Shown one piece after another: positions 13,670-27,354 of a stretch of 64,000 nt of DNA. Location: positions 33,792,001 to 33,856,000 of the forward strand of contig NC_087447.1 in NCBI RefSeq assembly GCF_036321535.1, written 5' to 3'. How positions within the stretch are numbered: the stretch's first letter is position 1; every line of letters starts with the position of its first letter. The notes under the pieces are model-generated. The model did not search any database. It worked only from the letters and a program-made list of their open reading frames with translations, and was not told the origin of the DNA. The DNA comes from Camelus dromedarius (Eukaryota). The position numbers and the translations under genes are program-made.

Positions 13670-13835
13670 TAGTGACTCTCAAACTTGTTACTCCTTAGAA
13701 TCACCTGGGATAGTGTCTTTACAAAAAGATTCCTAGACCCCATTCCTGATTTAGAAGGACTGAGGTACAGAGTTTAGTACCTGTATTTTTTTTAAGTGAT
13801 TCAGGTGACAAAGGTGCACAACCAGATTTGGGAGC
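13670..13835. mobile_element. MER5-like hAT-Charlie fragment
   Basis: CTCTCAAACTT...TTAGAATCACCTGGGA...CCTAGACCCCA...CTGTATTTTT...CAGGTGA resembles recalled MER5A. Confidence 0.55.
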
Positions 13836-14077
13836 CACAGATCCAGACCAGAACCCTTTCATTTTACACAAGGGGAAACAGGCCCGCCGAAGAGAAGCGT
13901 AACCTGGCTTCCAGGTCATGGCTCCTCCCTCTAAACCACAGTGGGTCTTGCTTCCCGACAAACCACGGGTTCCACATTTGGAGAGGAGCCACTCTGGTTG
14001 GACTCCAGACGAGCGGACCACACAGACCCATGCGGCCCGGACATCGAGGGCGGAGCCTGGAGCTGAGGTGGACGAAC

Positions 14078-14219
14078 CTGTCACAGAACAGGCAGGGGGT
14101 CTGCTGCTTGTCGTGGGGGAGATCGGCATCGTCCTCATCCTCCCAGGCGGCCTCGTCACCGCTGTCTGACAGTTCTGGCAGGTCCTCCTCCTCCTCCTCC
14201 TCCACAGCGCCCCGGCCGC
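14078..14219 (-). CDS. PRMT3: PRMT3 coding exon 2 (GRGAVEEEEEEDLPELSDSGDEAAWEDEDDADLPHDKQQTPCLFCDR)
   Basis: 142 nt, TAG acceptor, GTTCGT donor. Acidic N-terminus and zinc-finger CxxC. Confidence 0.97.
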
Positions 14220-14460
14220 CTAGCACACGCAAACCATCAGATCTGCCTCGGACACCAGTGCGAAACGGGCGCACGAGGGGCAGGGAGGGGAGAACGCTCT
14301 GGGCCCCGCGAGCGCTCTCCCGCCCCGCTCCTCGCCCCTCCCCCACCCTCCCTGAAGAGCCCCACCTCCCCAGCTTCCGCAGGGCGCAGGGGGAGGGGAG
14401 GGTCTTGGACCGGCCCCGCGGCGGCGGCGCAGCCTTGGCGCTGAGGGGCCGGGTACCCAC

Positions 14461-14488
14461 CGGTAGCGCCGGACGCTAACGAGCACAT
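14461..14488 (-). CDS. PRMT3: PRMT3 coding exon 1 (MCSLASGAT-G), protein arginine N-methyltransferase 3; exons 1-7 in the window give 711 nt (237 codons), gene is 3'-partial
   Basis: GCCATG start, GTGGGT donor at 14460. Peptide identical to the recalled human PRMT3 N-terminus. Confidence 0.95.
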
Positions 14489-14971
14489 GGCTCCGGTGCC
14501 TGGGAGCCCGCTGCGCCTGGGGGCGGGGACCCGGCTGTGCAGTGCGCGCGCAGCCGCCCCCGAGCTCTCCGGGCTCGGGAACCCGGGAACGAGCGTGAGC
14601 ACGAGCGCGCGGCAAGGCCGAGACCTGGCGAATCCCGCGGACGCCCAGGAACGCCAGAGCGCGCGCGCCTGCTCGGGAGTGCTTCCGCCCTCTGGGGCCG
14701 CTGCGTTGGTCACGTGATCCGGGTGGGCGGGAGGAGAGCCAGGCTCCGCCTCCTGCCGCAGGGTTGACGCAGGGCGCGCTGAGTAAGCGCTGAAACCTGG
14801 GCTGGACTTTGCGCGCTAGGACCTGGCTTTTGTCTCCTCCTCGGGTTGCGGCAGGCCTTAGCGGGTGGTCGTCGCCCGCTGCCCAGAGTCCCGGGGCAGA
14901 GAGACGCCGCAGCATTTATGCAGTCGGCATCGCGCTTCCTGTGCATTCGAGCGGAGGGGGCGACCTGCCCG

Positions 14972-14990
14972 CAGCGCCCTCTTGTGGCAG
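14972..14990 (-). promoter_or_regulatory. Candidate CTCF site upstream of PRMT3
   Basis: Minus strand reads CTGCCACAAGAGGGCGCTG, a close match to the CTCF core consensus. Confidence 0.6.
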
Positions 14991-17251
14991 AGGCGGTCGA
15001 ACGCAGGCGAGAGCCTGGGACTCCACTCTGGTTCCTGGGCTCCCAGATCCCTCAGGGGGGTGTGGCAGAGAAGGGGAAACAGCAGGGGCCATTGGTTGTA
15101 CCAGGGACCACAGCAGGGCCAAAGCCTTGTGGGCTGTCTTAAGGATTTTAGTCTTTAAAGTATATGTCCCAAGCTCTAATCCCAGATGCTAGCACTGGGC
15201 TTGGCACAGGGTTATCCAATTAAATTGACTACCTGGCGTACTAGGTTCTACAGAATCCTGCCTAACATCTCAACTCAGCCCTTCACTCTGGGCCTCACCC
15301 TCTAGCCTTTTATTTGCTGCTAATCATTTTCCCACCTCAAGGCCTTTGCTAAGAATGTTCTACAAATGGGTGGGTACTTTCTGTCTCAGCCAAGAAGTCT
15401 TTCCTCAGACCATCTTTTCTAAAGTAGTTTCTTCTATCTTTCCAACTGCTTCCTGTTAGTTTCTTAGCACCTACCACTTGCTTTTTCTGTTTTTCTTTTT
15501 TTTTGGTCGTACCCGCAGCACTGAGCCATCCAGTAAGGGCCATATCTCTTTACCTTCATATCTCTGGCACATAATATATGGCCTAACTCATAGTAGGTGC
15601 TCAATAAACTTGCTGAATGAAAATGATGTATTATTGCTAAGCTTCTCCAATCTGCTCCTTTCCATCAACTGTAAACTCCTAGAGGACAGAACCCATCAAA
15701 TACTAGGTTTGAAGCCCTCTTACATTGTAGGACATTGCCAGAATACCTGCTGGCTCTGTTGAGGTAGACTTACTGTTCACTGATGTAGATGCGCTGCCTA
15801 TGTGCCCAGTGGCACATAGCAGGCATTCAAAAAGCTCAATGCACTAATTAACTCAAGGTCTTTTTGTTACCTAGGCTCACCCAGCTTTTTCCTTCATCCT
15901 CCTAACATATTCTCCAGCAGGGCCCATCTTCTCCGTGTCTGCATAACATCCGGAGGGAAACCTGCTAAATCCCATTAACACCTAATCATTCTATGTTAAC
16001 AGTAAACACTGAGTCTAGAGGGGTGATTGGGCCAGAATCTTGTTCCTTGAAGTTTGTGTCACCACAATGCTGGGCTTAAGAGGGAATAGCATTTTTCTTT
16101 ACTCCAAAGATGAACACAGACACTCACCGATCATCCCACTTCACTACTGAGATCAGAAAAGAATGTTGAACAAGACCTGACAGAGGGTTTGTGGGTAAGG
16201 AAATAATATACAGAGAGTAACTTAAAACTGGCCTCTGGGTTTAGCTCCTTTTAAAGCCCACCAGCCTCAGGATATCTTCATGGGCTCCCCTGACTTCGTG
16301 CCTCACTTCTTGGAGCCCAGGCTTATTATCACCCAAACACATAGGCTCTTCAGAGGCCAGCCTCAAAGGATCCCCACCTGGTAGGAGAAAGATGTTCCAT
16401 CTCCTTCCTAAAGCCCACATTCCAAGACCTCATCCCATCCTAAAATATGCCTCTCTCCTAAATGACTGACATTCAGAATGTCCAATCTTTTCTTAAGATA
16501 CAACATGCCTTTCCATTAGAGGGGATGATGGCCTTTATCTTCCAGTGTCCCCTGAAGCTTGACATTGACTTGACAGAGTATAGACCCTGTAAAAACTAAC
16601 ATCACTCAGATCACTTTGCTTCCCCCAGCACAGAAGTGAGACAAATTTCACCACAAACCTTTGTTCCATGATAGAAACAGGAAACAGTGTGCTCCTGGTG
16701 ACTTTGATCCTTCCTTCTACATCTTCCTTTCCTTTTTCATAGTTTTTAAAGGGAAGCACTTTGAGGTGCACTTTTACTGGCTATGCGAATGATTTGCAGT
16801 TAATCATTATAAGGATTCTAGACCAGTGGAAAAATTACACAGCATATACTGATCCATTAACAATTAACTGGAACTTCGTGGAAATACGCAGATACTGGAT
16901 GCTCTTGCAGAGTCGTTTAAAATACAAGCTGTGGGATCAGGCTGACGTGGGTTAGAATCCTGCTCTGCCATGTCCCAGCCTCAGGCTTCAGCTTTGGGCC
17001 CTTAGGCGAGGCACTTAAACACAGCAAGCCTCAGTTTCCCCATCTAAGGGGAACAGGATGATAGCACCACCTCTAAGAATTATCAGGACTGTTTGGAGGA
17101 TTAAAGGATAGACAGCATGTGTAAAAGCTTGCCCTTAGCAAGTACTTGATAAATATTAGCTGCTATTATCATCCCATTGGCCCAAATACTGCATATTACC
17201 ACTGATACTTGGGCATTTTCTAACAATCTAAGGGCACTCAAGACTTGTTCA

Positions 17252-17321
17252 TTTATTTTTATTCCTCTATTTAATTATCCTATGAATTGTATAAGCTCAG
17301 TTACATAATAACTTTTTTATT
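17252..17321 (-). terminator. Candidate HTATIP2 polyadenylation signals
   Basis: Minus-strand AATAAA at 17316-17321, 17258-17263 and 17252-17257, about 550-620 nt after the stop codon. Confidence 0.6.
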
Positions 17322-17871
17322 ATATTTTCTACAGGAGTAGTAAGGCACAATGTTCATTTACACAATCACAAGCAGTCGGCACTGGGTCACTCAGACATAA
17401 ATGTTAGCAATTTTAGGACAGAACTCATTTGCATGATACACAAGGTTTGCATTGCTGCTGTGACTCTGCAGACAAGTGTCTCAAAGCTGGCTTCCCCACC
17501 AATGGCATCAGAACCATAAAAAAAAGCTTAAACAAAACAACAGACTTCTGTGGCTGTACCTCCCAAAATTCTGATTCAAAAGAGTTTGAGTTAAGGCCTG
17601 TGAATCTCAATTTTTGCAGCAAATCCTACACACTGGACCACCAGGGAGCTGCTGAATCTCTGTTTTTGAAATAGAGTGGGTGATGTTTACAAATGCACAA
17701 CCAGGCTCTAAAATGCTGATGTAGAACAGAGCACAATCATTTTTGACTGGATTTGGGCAGCTGAGAATAGTGAAACCACAGTTAAAGCATGCTGACTTTT
17801 CTTAGACCCCAAAATTACCGATTAGGTGGTAGGTGTTGAGTTTTACAATAAAAAGCATTGCTTCAGGGTGG

Positions 17872-18516
<645 letters not shown>

Positions 18517-18801
18517 TGGATTTTATTTGGGCACACAGTTTTATCTGGACACAAAGAATGTTTCAAAAAGAAGGCAGCAAAAGCTTCCCAGGAAATTCCA
18601 GACTGTTCTGAACCTGCCCCCCACCCCCAGCCATCTACCCCTTCCTTCAAAAACAAAAGGTGGGTTCTTCAGAGAAGCGATCTACCTCCAGCCAACCTCT
18701 TTCATATCTTAGATAGCTTATCTGTCAGCCTCTTCAAATAAAAAACTAGCTTCTAGGGAATAACCCGCAGTGGGGTATTCCTAGGCAGTGTGAATACTTA
18801 C

Positions 18802-18863
18802 CCAGGCCTAAATATGGAGTAACGATCAAATTTTAATTCTTCAACTCTAGCTTCCACTTCTCC
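18802..18863 (-). CDS. HTATIP2: HTATIP2 coding exon (GEVEARVEELKFDRYSIFRPG)
   Basis: 62 nt, CAG acceptor, GTAAGT donor. Too short for the ORF track; translated by hand. Confidence 0.96.
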
Positions 18864-19529
18864 CTGGGAACAAAAAACACATTTTTAGTATTTAATCAAG
18901 ACCAACTTGCTGAAATGCTTAAGAGAGAATACCAGGAAGGACCTGAGGTTCTGAAGACAATCTTTCTGCAGGTCTCAATACTTGTAAATATCCTCATCTA
19001 GAATTTTAGATTCTAAAGAGTCTGGCGAGTTAAGGAAGAGATCAATTAATCCTGACATTTAGCAGAGAGTAAAAAAGATGTGCTGCATAAGTAAATGGCT
19101 GCGTCGTCAGTCCAGCCTCTCATGGGACCTACTGAAGCAGGTCCAGAGGGTGACATGCTAGGAGTCCAGCCATAAAAGAAGAGACTCCTGTTAGTCCAGA
19201 ATCAATGCTGCAGGCCAGTCCACATTAACCTTTTTTGGTTTCCAGGTAGCTCCAGTGGGTCAGGAGACCCACAGACTCCCTATGTTACTCAGGTCCTAAC
19301 AAACCCCACCACGTTTCAAGGGATAGTGAGATTACATTTAGATGACGCTTCAAACTAAATTTGTTGAACAATCCATGCATTTTCACACCAGGCATTTCTA
19401 TAAATAGGAATGCCAGAGGAGCTCAGGCCACGGATACATCTAAAGGTCTGCGAACCACCCAGCCTGCCGTCCTCCTCCTCCTTGGCTTGTTCGTACTACC
19501 CATCTGGGCTTAACATGTTGCATCATATA

Positions 19530-20000
19530 ATTTGTGGTAGCTTTTATTAAAACATTTTTAAAATTAATATTTTTTAGTATATTCACAGAGTTGTCCCACC
19601 TTCATCACAATCTAAATTTAGAATATTTCATTACCCAGAAAGAAACCCTGTACCAATTAGCACTCACTCCTATACCCCACCCCCAAGCCCTAGCCAAGTA
19701 CTCATCTTTCCATCTCTATAGATATGCCTATTCTGAATACTTCCTATAAATGAAATCATGTAAGTTGTGGCCTTTTGTGACTGGCCTCTCTCATTCAACA
19801 TAGCGTTTTCAAGGTTCATCCATGCTGTAACACGTGCCGTTCCTCTTCATAGTTGAATCAATACTCTTCTTTTGTAGCTACATGCCACATTTTTTTCAGC
19901 CATGCATCAGGTGATGGATATCTGGGTTGTTTCCACAATTTGGCTATTATGAATAATGCTTCTGTGAACCTTCATATATACCTTTTTATGTGAGTACATT
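19530..20000 (-). mobile_element. Old L1 (L1MB-like) 3' fragment
   Basis: GTTTTCAAGGTTCATCCATGCTGTA...GATGGATATCTGGGTTGTTTCCACAATTTGGCTATTATGAATAATGCT is a typical antisense L1M 3' end. Confidence 0.75.
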
Positions 20001-20006
20001 TCTTAG

Positions 20007-20576
20007 AGAGCTTTTAACAAAGATGTGTTTTGTCTCCATTAGGAGCATGCATACAAGAGTTATCAGGCTGAAACTGCTGTTCTTAGAAAGGTCTGCTTGC
20101 AAGGTTGTCCTTTGGCCTGTGCCTGGGAACTCAGATTTCAGGACGATTTCATTAGCTAACTGATAAGGGTACTCTCCTGTGCCTAAACTACTTGTACAAA
20201 CAAGGTGATTTACGCTGAACACTTGCTTTCCTTCTGGAACTCTCTAATTTTTTTCTAGACTGAGGGTGCCTATGTAACTGACTCCCATTAAAACCCTGGA
20301 CTCCTGAGCTCAGGTGAATTTCTCTGGTAGGTGATGCTCATTGCTGGAGAAATTCAATACGTGCAGCTCAATTGGCAGAAGAAGGTACCCATGGAAGCTT
20401 GTACCTAGCTTCCTCCAGACCTCTCTCCATGCACTTCTTCTTCCCTTTCTTAACTTTGCTTTATATCCTTTCATTGTAATAAATCATACCTGTGAAGATG
20501 ACTATATGGCTAGTCCTGAGAGACCTTCTAGCATATTACTAAACTTGGGGCTGGCTTCAGGGAACCCTCCAAAACA
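20007..20576 (+). mobile_element. ERV-type solo LTR, MER21-like
   Basis: TTAAAACCCTGGACTCCTGAGCTCAGGTGAATTTCTCTGG and TTTGCTTTATATCCTTTCATTGTAATAAATCATA resemble recalled MER21. Confidence 0.6.
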
Positions 20577-20873
20577 GGTTATAATTCCTTGAGCCACATC
20601 CAATAAAAACATATCATCTGCTCTGGAAAAGCTGAAGAATCACTCCCAAAGTCTCTTCTGATGCTTAGATTCCATGCTTATCTTCAAGACCAGAGACACC
20701 TCATTTCATGATTACTAGATAAATAACTAAGGGAAAGGCACTAGAAATTATCTTTCAAATCACTCCTGTTTACTAAATATATCCCTGCAAAAGAGTAGTC
20801 CCTGCAGCTATAAAAATGCATAATATAATGCATTTAATGCATTTTTGTATTATGTAGCATTTTATATTATTTA

Positions 20874-21110
<237 letters not shown>

Positions 21111-21692
21111 TCATCTTAAACATTACTCCTCAGCTTGGGTGGCAGGTTAAGAGTCCTGGGGAGGTGGAGGGATGGCAGTTGAAAGAAAATGCATCCAAGC
21201 AAAACATGAAAGTCAGGCTTAGACCCTGGGAAAGACTCTGAGCCTGATCCTCAGGACAGACGCACCAGCTTTAGCAGCAAGGCCAGGATGCAATGGAAAA
21301 ATAAGGGCAATGACACTGAAACACAGACACCAAGCAAATCCACAAGGAGCAAAAGGCATGATAAGATTGGGCTGAGAAACTATTTTTAGTCACACATTTC
21401 TTTGTCTTTAATGCTTCACCACCTTACCACCCTCTCTCTGTGTTCTCTGTTTTTTTCAGTGTCAACTCTCACATGGTAGGGTCTTAAAGGGTGGCCGAGA
21501 ACACTATCCGGACACTTTAAGAACAAAGCCTATTTAATTTCCAGTTTTTGTGTATGTTTTACAATATACTTTACATGTTAGTAAAGAGTGTACCCTCAGA
21601 TTTTCTTTTTTACTGATAGGTGTATAATCAAGAATGTTTGGAGACTTCTGGTCTAGATTCAATCCAGTGAAGGCAGCAGATGGGTCTTTCTT

Positions 21693-21961
21693 TTTGGTTC
21701 AAATTTTTTTTTTTTTGCATTCTTTTTTGTTGAAGTATAGTCAGTTTACAACCTTGTGTCAACTTCTGGTGTACAGCACAATGTTTCAGTCATACATATA
21801 CATACATATATTTGCTTTCATATTCTTTTTCATTATCGGTTACTATAAGATATTGAATATAGTTCCCTGTGCTATACAGTAGGACCTTATTATTTATTTA
21901 TCTTATATATAGTAGTTAGTATCTGCAAATCTCGAACTCCCAATTTATCCTTTCCGGTCCC
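21693..21961 (-). mobile_element. 5'-truncated LINE-1 3' end
   Basis: Poly(T) plus antisense L1 3'UTR homologous to 62197-62420. TSD CAGATGGGTCTTTCTT at 21677-21692 and 21962-21977. Confidence 0.9.
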
Positions 21962-22679
21962 CAGATGGGTCTTTCTTAATAAACATCTCAGCATTAGTAC
22001 ATACCCAGCGCATGGTAGGTGCTCCAAAAATATTAAAGGAACGAATAAATGTCCAGTGACAGCAGCAGAGAAAAGACACATCCAATTAGAAAAAAAAAAA
22101 AAAAACTAAGTGGTAGTCAAAAGAGGAGGGGAGAGGACAGGGCAAACAAGAGAAGACAGACTCATTTCTGGGGCTAATTGAAGGACCCGTGCCTGTACCC
22201 AGAGAAGAGAATTCCAGGTAGTCACAGATTCCTGGGTCCTCAGACTCTGGTGTCCTCACACGCGGGACAGCTGAAGAGAAGTCTAAAGCCTACTGATGCT
22301 GAGCTTCACTGGGACCCACACTTACATCATGAGGTTTCATAAAATGCAGATTCCAAATCTGAAGACTAGAATACTGCCCCACTGATTTTTTTTAATTAAA
22401 AATCTGCCCTATGGTAGTTATTGACCCTAAATGTTTTATTTTGTATGGACATCCGTATCTTTCACAAATGTCAGAAGGCATCTAGGAAATAACACATCCA
22501 ACCCTCTCATTGTGGAGATGTGAACACAAGGTTCAGCGATCTGAGAACTAGTGGGTAAATAAGTGAGAGAGTTGAGAACAGAGAGCAAATTTCTGGCTCT
22601 CTGAGCACTGCTCCCCACTGTCCCCACGTTCCTTTTTACCTCACACCATCTCCAGCTAATGATATGACTAATTCATAAC

Positions 22680-23172
22680 TGTGGGAGGCAGATTCATGGC
22701 CCCTCAAAGATGTCCATGTCCTAAGCCCCGGACCTGAGAATGTGTTGGAGGCTACGTGGCCAAGGGGAACTAAAGTTGCGGGTGGAACAAAGGCTGCTAA
22801 TCAGCTGACCTTGAAAAAAGTTATTCTGTATTATCCAAATAAGCCCACGGTAATCAGAGGAGTCATTAAAAATGTGGAAAAGGGAAGCAGAAGTGGAGGT
22901 CAGAGTTTTGCACTGTGGGGAGCACTTGATCCCCCATTGCTGGCCTTAAAGATGGAAGAAGAACCAAGGAATGCAAGTGGTCTCTAGAAGCCAGAACTGG
23001 ATTCTCCCCTAGAGCCTGCAGAAGGGAGCTCAGCCCTGTCAACACCTTGATTTTATCTCAGCGAAATCCACATTGGACTGCTAACCTGTAGAACTGTAAG
23101 ATAATAAATGTATGTTGTTTTACACACTAAATTTGAGGCAATTTGTTACAGCAGCAAGAGGAAACGAATACA
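22680..23172 (+). mobile_element. MaLR solo LTR (MLT1D/E-like)
   Basis: TGTGGGAGGCAGATTCATGGCCCCTCAAAGATGTCCATGTCCTAA ... GCAATTTGTTACAGCAGCAAGAGGAAACGAATACA. Confidence 0.85.
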
Positions 23173-25814
23173 GAATTCAATTCCAAAATAAGGGGCCCAA
23201 GCAAACTTTTCAAACTTTGTACTGAAGTAGATCATAAAAGAAGCATAAACATAGTGTAAGTCTAGAGCTGGATGGATATTCATAAACTGGACATCCTTGG
23301 CCACCAGTCCCCCGATCCAGAAACAGAACATCACCGTTACCTCAAAAGCCTCTCCCATCCTCCCTTCTCATCACTTGCAGTGCATTTTTAACTATGCCCA
23401 CGACCTGCAGGGCGGTGCGGTTTTTCTGCCTTTTTTAGGTACGGTTAACTTAACTCTTACCCATGGACTATCCCCATCCCCTTTTGCCTTGTATACTTTG
23501 ACACTCAGTCCTAAAAACTGACTGGCCCACCTGTCCTACACACTGATTCAAACTCACATCATTGCTTTTTGAAATCAGTGTGAAGCAAACCAATTTAAAT
23601 ACCCAGCACATCCTGAGTGAGGGATGTGATTCTCCTGAGAGCCGTTCTCCGAATTGAGAGTTTACATGTGCTGAAAGCGTGCCAAGAAAAACAACCAAAA
23701 ACGACATCGAAAAATTCTAAAACATTCAATTTCTCTTCCACATCTATTTGCTTCCCCTCACTCCAATTCACCAGAACTCTGATTTTGATACCAGGTTTGT
23801 TATTCCCAATAAAATGACATCGTTGACTAGGGGAAATAAACTTTTTGTTGCTGCTGCCGTTTGAGCACTATTTCTTGGAAGGATTATTAGCGTCGTCTCT
23901 GTTAAAATGCTGCTGCTTTCATCCACGTCTTTAAAAATAAGGGAAAGATTCCGCCAATCACAAGGCTTGAGACCGACGCCATCCCTCTCACTTAATCCAG
24001 GGCCAGTCAAGGGATAATTTGATTAAACTGAGACCCCAATTTATTTGGCTTTAGTTTTGGATCAACCTCTCCTTAATAGAGTGCTGTCGTCTCCAATTGT
24101 TGGATGAAAATTAAAGTGACATAAATACCATGGGACTTTTTCAATCTGGTTAGTCAGCGAAGGCACATCAATACCACCCCAGCCATCAGAGCCTGGCGTC
24201 CTTCCTTTCACCAGCCTCGAGAAGGGCTGACAACGGCTCCTTGCAGGACGAGCACCCACGCCGCCGCAGAGCCCCCCACACTTAGCCCATCAGCCCTGCT
24301 CAATGGGCCCTGGTGACAAGGTGCCCGTACCTTTCCCCACTGCTGTTCTCTGGACAAAGCTAAATATTGTTTTATGAGCAATCAATGGCTGTTAATCCGA
24401 AACGATTTCACAAATCCTCTGAGCCCTCAAGCTGATTATAAATACACAGTTTTCCAAGCCGACAAATTTTGAATTTCACTTCCCCCACCCTGATGGCATG
24501 GCCTTTCAGCTGATGAATGAAACTCAAAAGCAAAGGGGTCAACGGCTTTCAAGGACTTAGAAGCCAAACTTAAACGGGGATCCTGGTGACTGGCTCAGAG
24601 ATAGGGATACACACCAATTTTCTCTCGAGTGAGGAAGATTTCATTTATAGGTAGAAGGGAACTAACTTGCTAAGCATCTTTAAAACCTTATTATCAACAC
24701 CCTTGCTTGTTCTCTAACAGCTCAAATTTTTTTTAAAAAATGGGAAAACAAACAAGAAGCTACCCCATATCCTAGACATACTATTTTCAGAAAAACTGTA
24801 TTTAGTTTCCTCAACCATATGGCAGGAGAAAAGCCACTCTCCTGGGAGCATTAAGTCCCTTATGTTACTGTGTCTTTCTGAATCCACAGTCGGTGTGTTC
24901 TACTCTAAGACAGGAATCAGAGTTCCTTCCAGAAAAAGGAATTGATTAAGTAAATTCCCACTGTAAATTTCCATTCCCAGCACCTGCTCAAAAGAGTGAA
25001 CACGATACACTAACACGACTCAGCAGAGATACTTCATGGGCTCCACAAACACCTATGGAGACAAATTCTCCAATTACTCTATATTTTAAGTCTCATGAAA
25101 ATCCAAAGCTACTAAGCATTCCTTCTAACCTTCTTTACCATTGCCTGAAAAGTGGGAACACGGTGGCCGAAGAACAACTCATCCTGATGAGGTAGCTCAG
25201 CACTGACTGACATGACAAGCAATCACGCAGGAATGACTCAAGGTCAAGAGGGCCCTTTTCCAGGAAGGGAGAATCTGTCATTCCACAAAGGGTCCCACTT
25301 GGCAATATTTCTGCTTCCATTTCTTCCTCCTTCAATCCCTTTTCAATCCAACCCCATAAATTAGACTAGAAAACAGAGGGGCTGACGAATAACAAACGGT
25401 CTGACCTGAGACCTCCTTTGTTTGTGTCCTGGAGGGCATGTCTATATTTGAGGTACAGAGCTGGAACCAAGATCTTGGTTAGAGCAAGAGCTCTGGATAG
25501 CAAAACAAAGTCATACAGATACAGAAGACTCCTGAGTCCATCTCTGTGTTCTCACACAATTTTTCCATTTGGGGTATTCTTTTCTCTGTGCTTTGAAAGT
25601 CAAAGAATTCTGCAGGCCAGGGATTCAGTGGTCACCTCCCTCTCAGTACAGACAAGGAGACAGCGGCCCATAGGAGGGAACCGGCATACCCAACGTCCCA
25701 CAGTCACTTGGTATCCAAACAAAGCTTACGATCTGGGTTCCTTGAACCATCCAGGACCTCACCACTTTACAAAACCCCCTCCTAGACATCATGTAAAAAC
25801 AGCAGAGCGGACAA

Positions 25815-26270
25815 CAGGGAACAGCAAACTTTCCCTATAAAAGATGAGACAGTAAATATTTGCAGCTTTGCAGGTCTCCACTGCAATTACACAGCTCTGC
25901 CATCACAGCACAAATGCAGCCATTAATAATACATAAAATAATGAGACTGTTCCAGTAAAACTTTATTTATGGCTACCGAAATTTGATGTTCTTATAGTCT
26001 CACATGTCATGGCGTATTATTCCACTTTCAAATTTTTTTACCTTTTGTTTGTTTGTTTGGGGGGGGGGGTTAGGTTTTTTAATTTTTTAATTTTTAACGG
26101 AGGTACCTGGGATTGAACCCAGAACTTCGTGCATGCTAAGCACACACTCTACCACTGAGCTATACCTTCCCCCCTCCACTTTTGAACTTTTTTAACCATT
26201 TAAAAACATAAAAACATTCTTAGCTCAAGGGCTGTACAAAAATAGGTGGGCTATAGTTTGTGAACATCTG
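25815..26270. mobile_element. MER58-like hAT-Charlie element interrupted by a SINE
   Basis: GCAAACTTTCCCTATAAAAG...AGTAAATATTT...TCCAGTAAAACTTTATTTATGG resembles recalled MER58. Confidence 0.65.
26043..26174 (-). mobile_element. tRNA-Ala-derived SINE (Vic-1-like)
   Basis: GGGATTGAACCC...GCATGCTAAGCACACACTCTACCACTGAGCTATACC is the reverse complement of the SINE head at 9464. Confidence 0.9.
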
Positions 26271-26931
26271 GATTCAAAGAGTATATCAGAACCAGAAGCC
26301 ATGAGACTCTATGCAGGCCTGATAAATGTCACCATGGCTGCACGAATCACATTATCAGCATCGTCCATTCAACAGAATCTGAGAGCCTGGATTTCTGGAG
26401 CCTGTGCCTACTGGGTGAGGAGACAAAGAAAAAGGTGAAACCACATCATACCCCCTTAAACTCACTAACCAAACCCTTCTCTTAATAAGGGGAAAGCACC
26501 CTTCTTGGGGGTCTCTGTGAGTTTTTGCTTTTCCCTCAAGGCCAATGTAGATCTGGTTTTCAGAGGGTATTTCAACCTTCACTAGCACATACGTTACCAA
26601 AGCAAGGTGAAGGCCACCTGGGACAACCTGAAGGACCTGAAAACCAGCAGGTGAGGAGGACTAATACAGCCCAGCGCCTCCTGAAGGCAGGTCCAGCAAG
26701 AAGAGGAGGATGGGCTGCATCAGACTCTCTCAAGGAGCCTGATCCAGCACATCTGGATTAAGACCAAGTCACGAAGCCACTGCCTTGATTAGACAGCGAT
26801 GGCTCGTGAATGTGAAAACAGGAGCAGCACTAACCAGCTACTGCTGAAGGAAATGGGTTTCCAAACGGCTGAAGAAAGCTAACAGACCTACTCCTAGCAC
26901 CAGTGTCAACAGAAATCTGGGCAGAGTGAAT

Positions 26932-27354
26932 ACCGTGGGCTGCAGTGTCCTCCCTCTCCCCCTGCCAGATTCACATGCTGAAGTCCTAACCTCTAGTACC
27001 TCAGACTGTGACCTTATTTGTAGACGTACTTAGTTAAGATGAGGTCATGACAAGTAGGGTGGTTCTGAATCCAATTTGTCTACTGTTGTTATAATAAGGA
27101 GAAATTTGGACCTAGCCACAGGCACATAGGAAAAAACACCATGTGAAGAGAGACACAGGCAGAAGGCAGCCATCTACAAGTCAAGGAGAGAAGCCTGGGA
27201 AAGAGCCTTCCCTCACGGCCCTCAGAGGGAACCAACGCTGTCGACACCTCGATCTCAGATTTCCAGACTTCGGGACTATGAGACAGCAAATTTCTGTTGT
27301 GTGAGCCACCTTGATTATGTTTTTTTGTTATAGTAGCACTAACAAGCTAATACA
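26932..27354 (+). mobile_element. MaLR solo LTR (MLT1B/C-like)
   Basis: GAAGTCCTAACCTCTAGTACCTCAGACTGTGACCTTATTTG ... TTGTTATAGTAGCACTAACAAGCTAATACA. Confidence 0.8.

Larger units (their letters stand above)
13880..15020 (-). promoter_or_regulatory. PRMT3 CpG-island promoter
   Basis: High GC and CpG density over exons 1-2. E-box TCACGTGA 14710-14717, GC box GGGCGG 14725-14730, ETS-like CGGAAG on the minus strand ~14682-14687. Confidence 0.9.

Noticed and set aside
13719..15192. Many long overlapping ORFs (up to 231 aa) around the PRMT3 5' end
   Set aside because: Stop-poor GC-rich CpG island; only the spliced PRMT3 exon 1 and 2 segments match a real protein.
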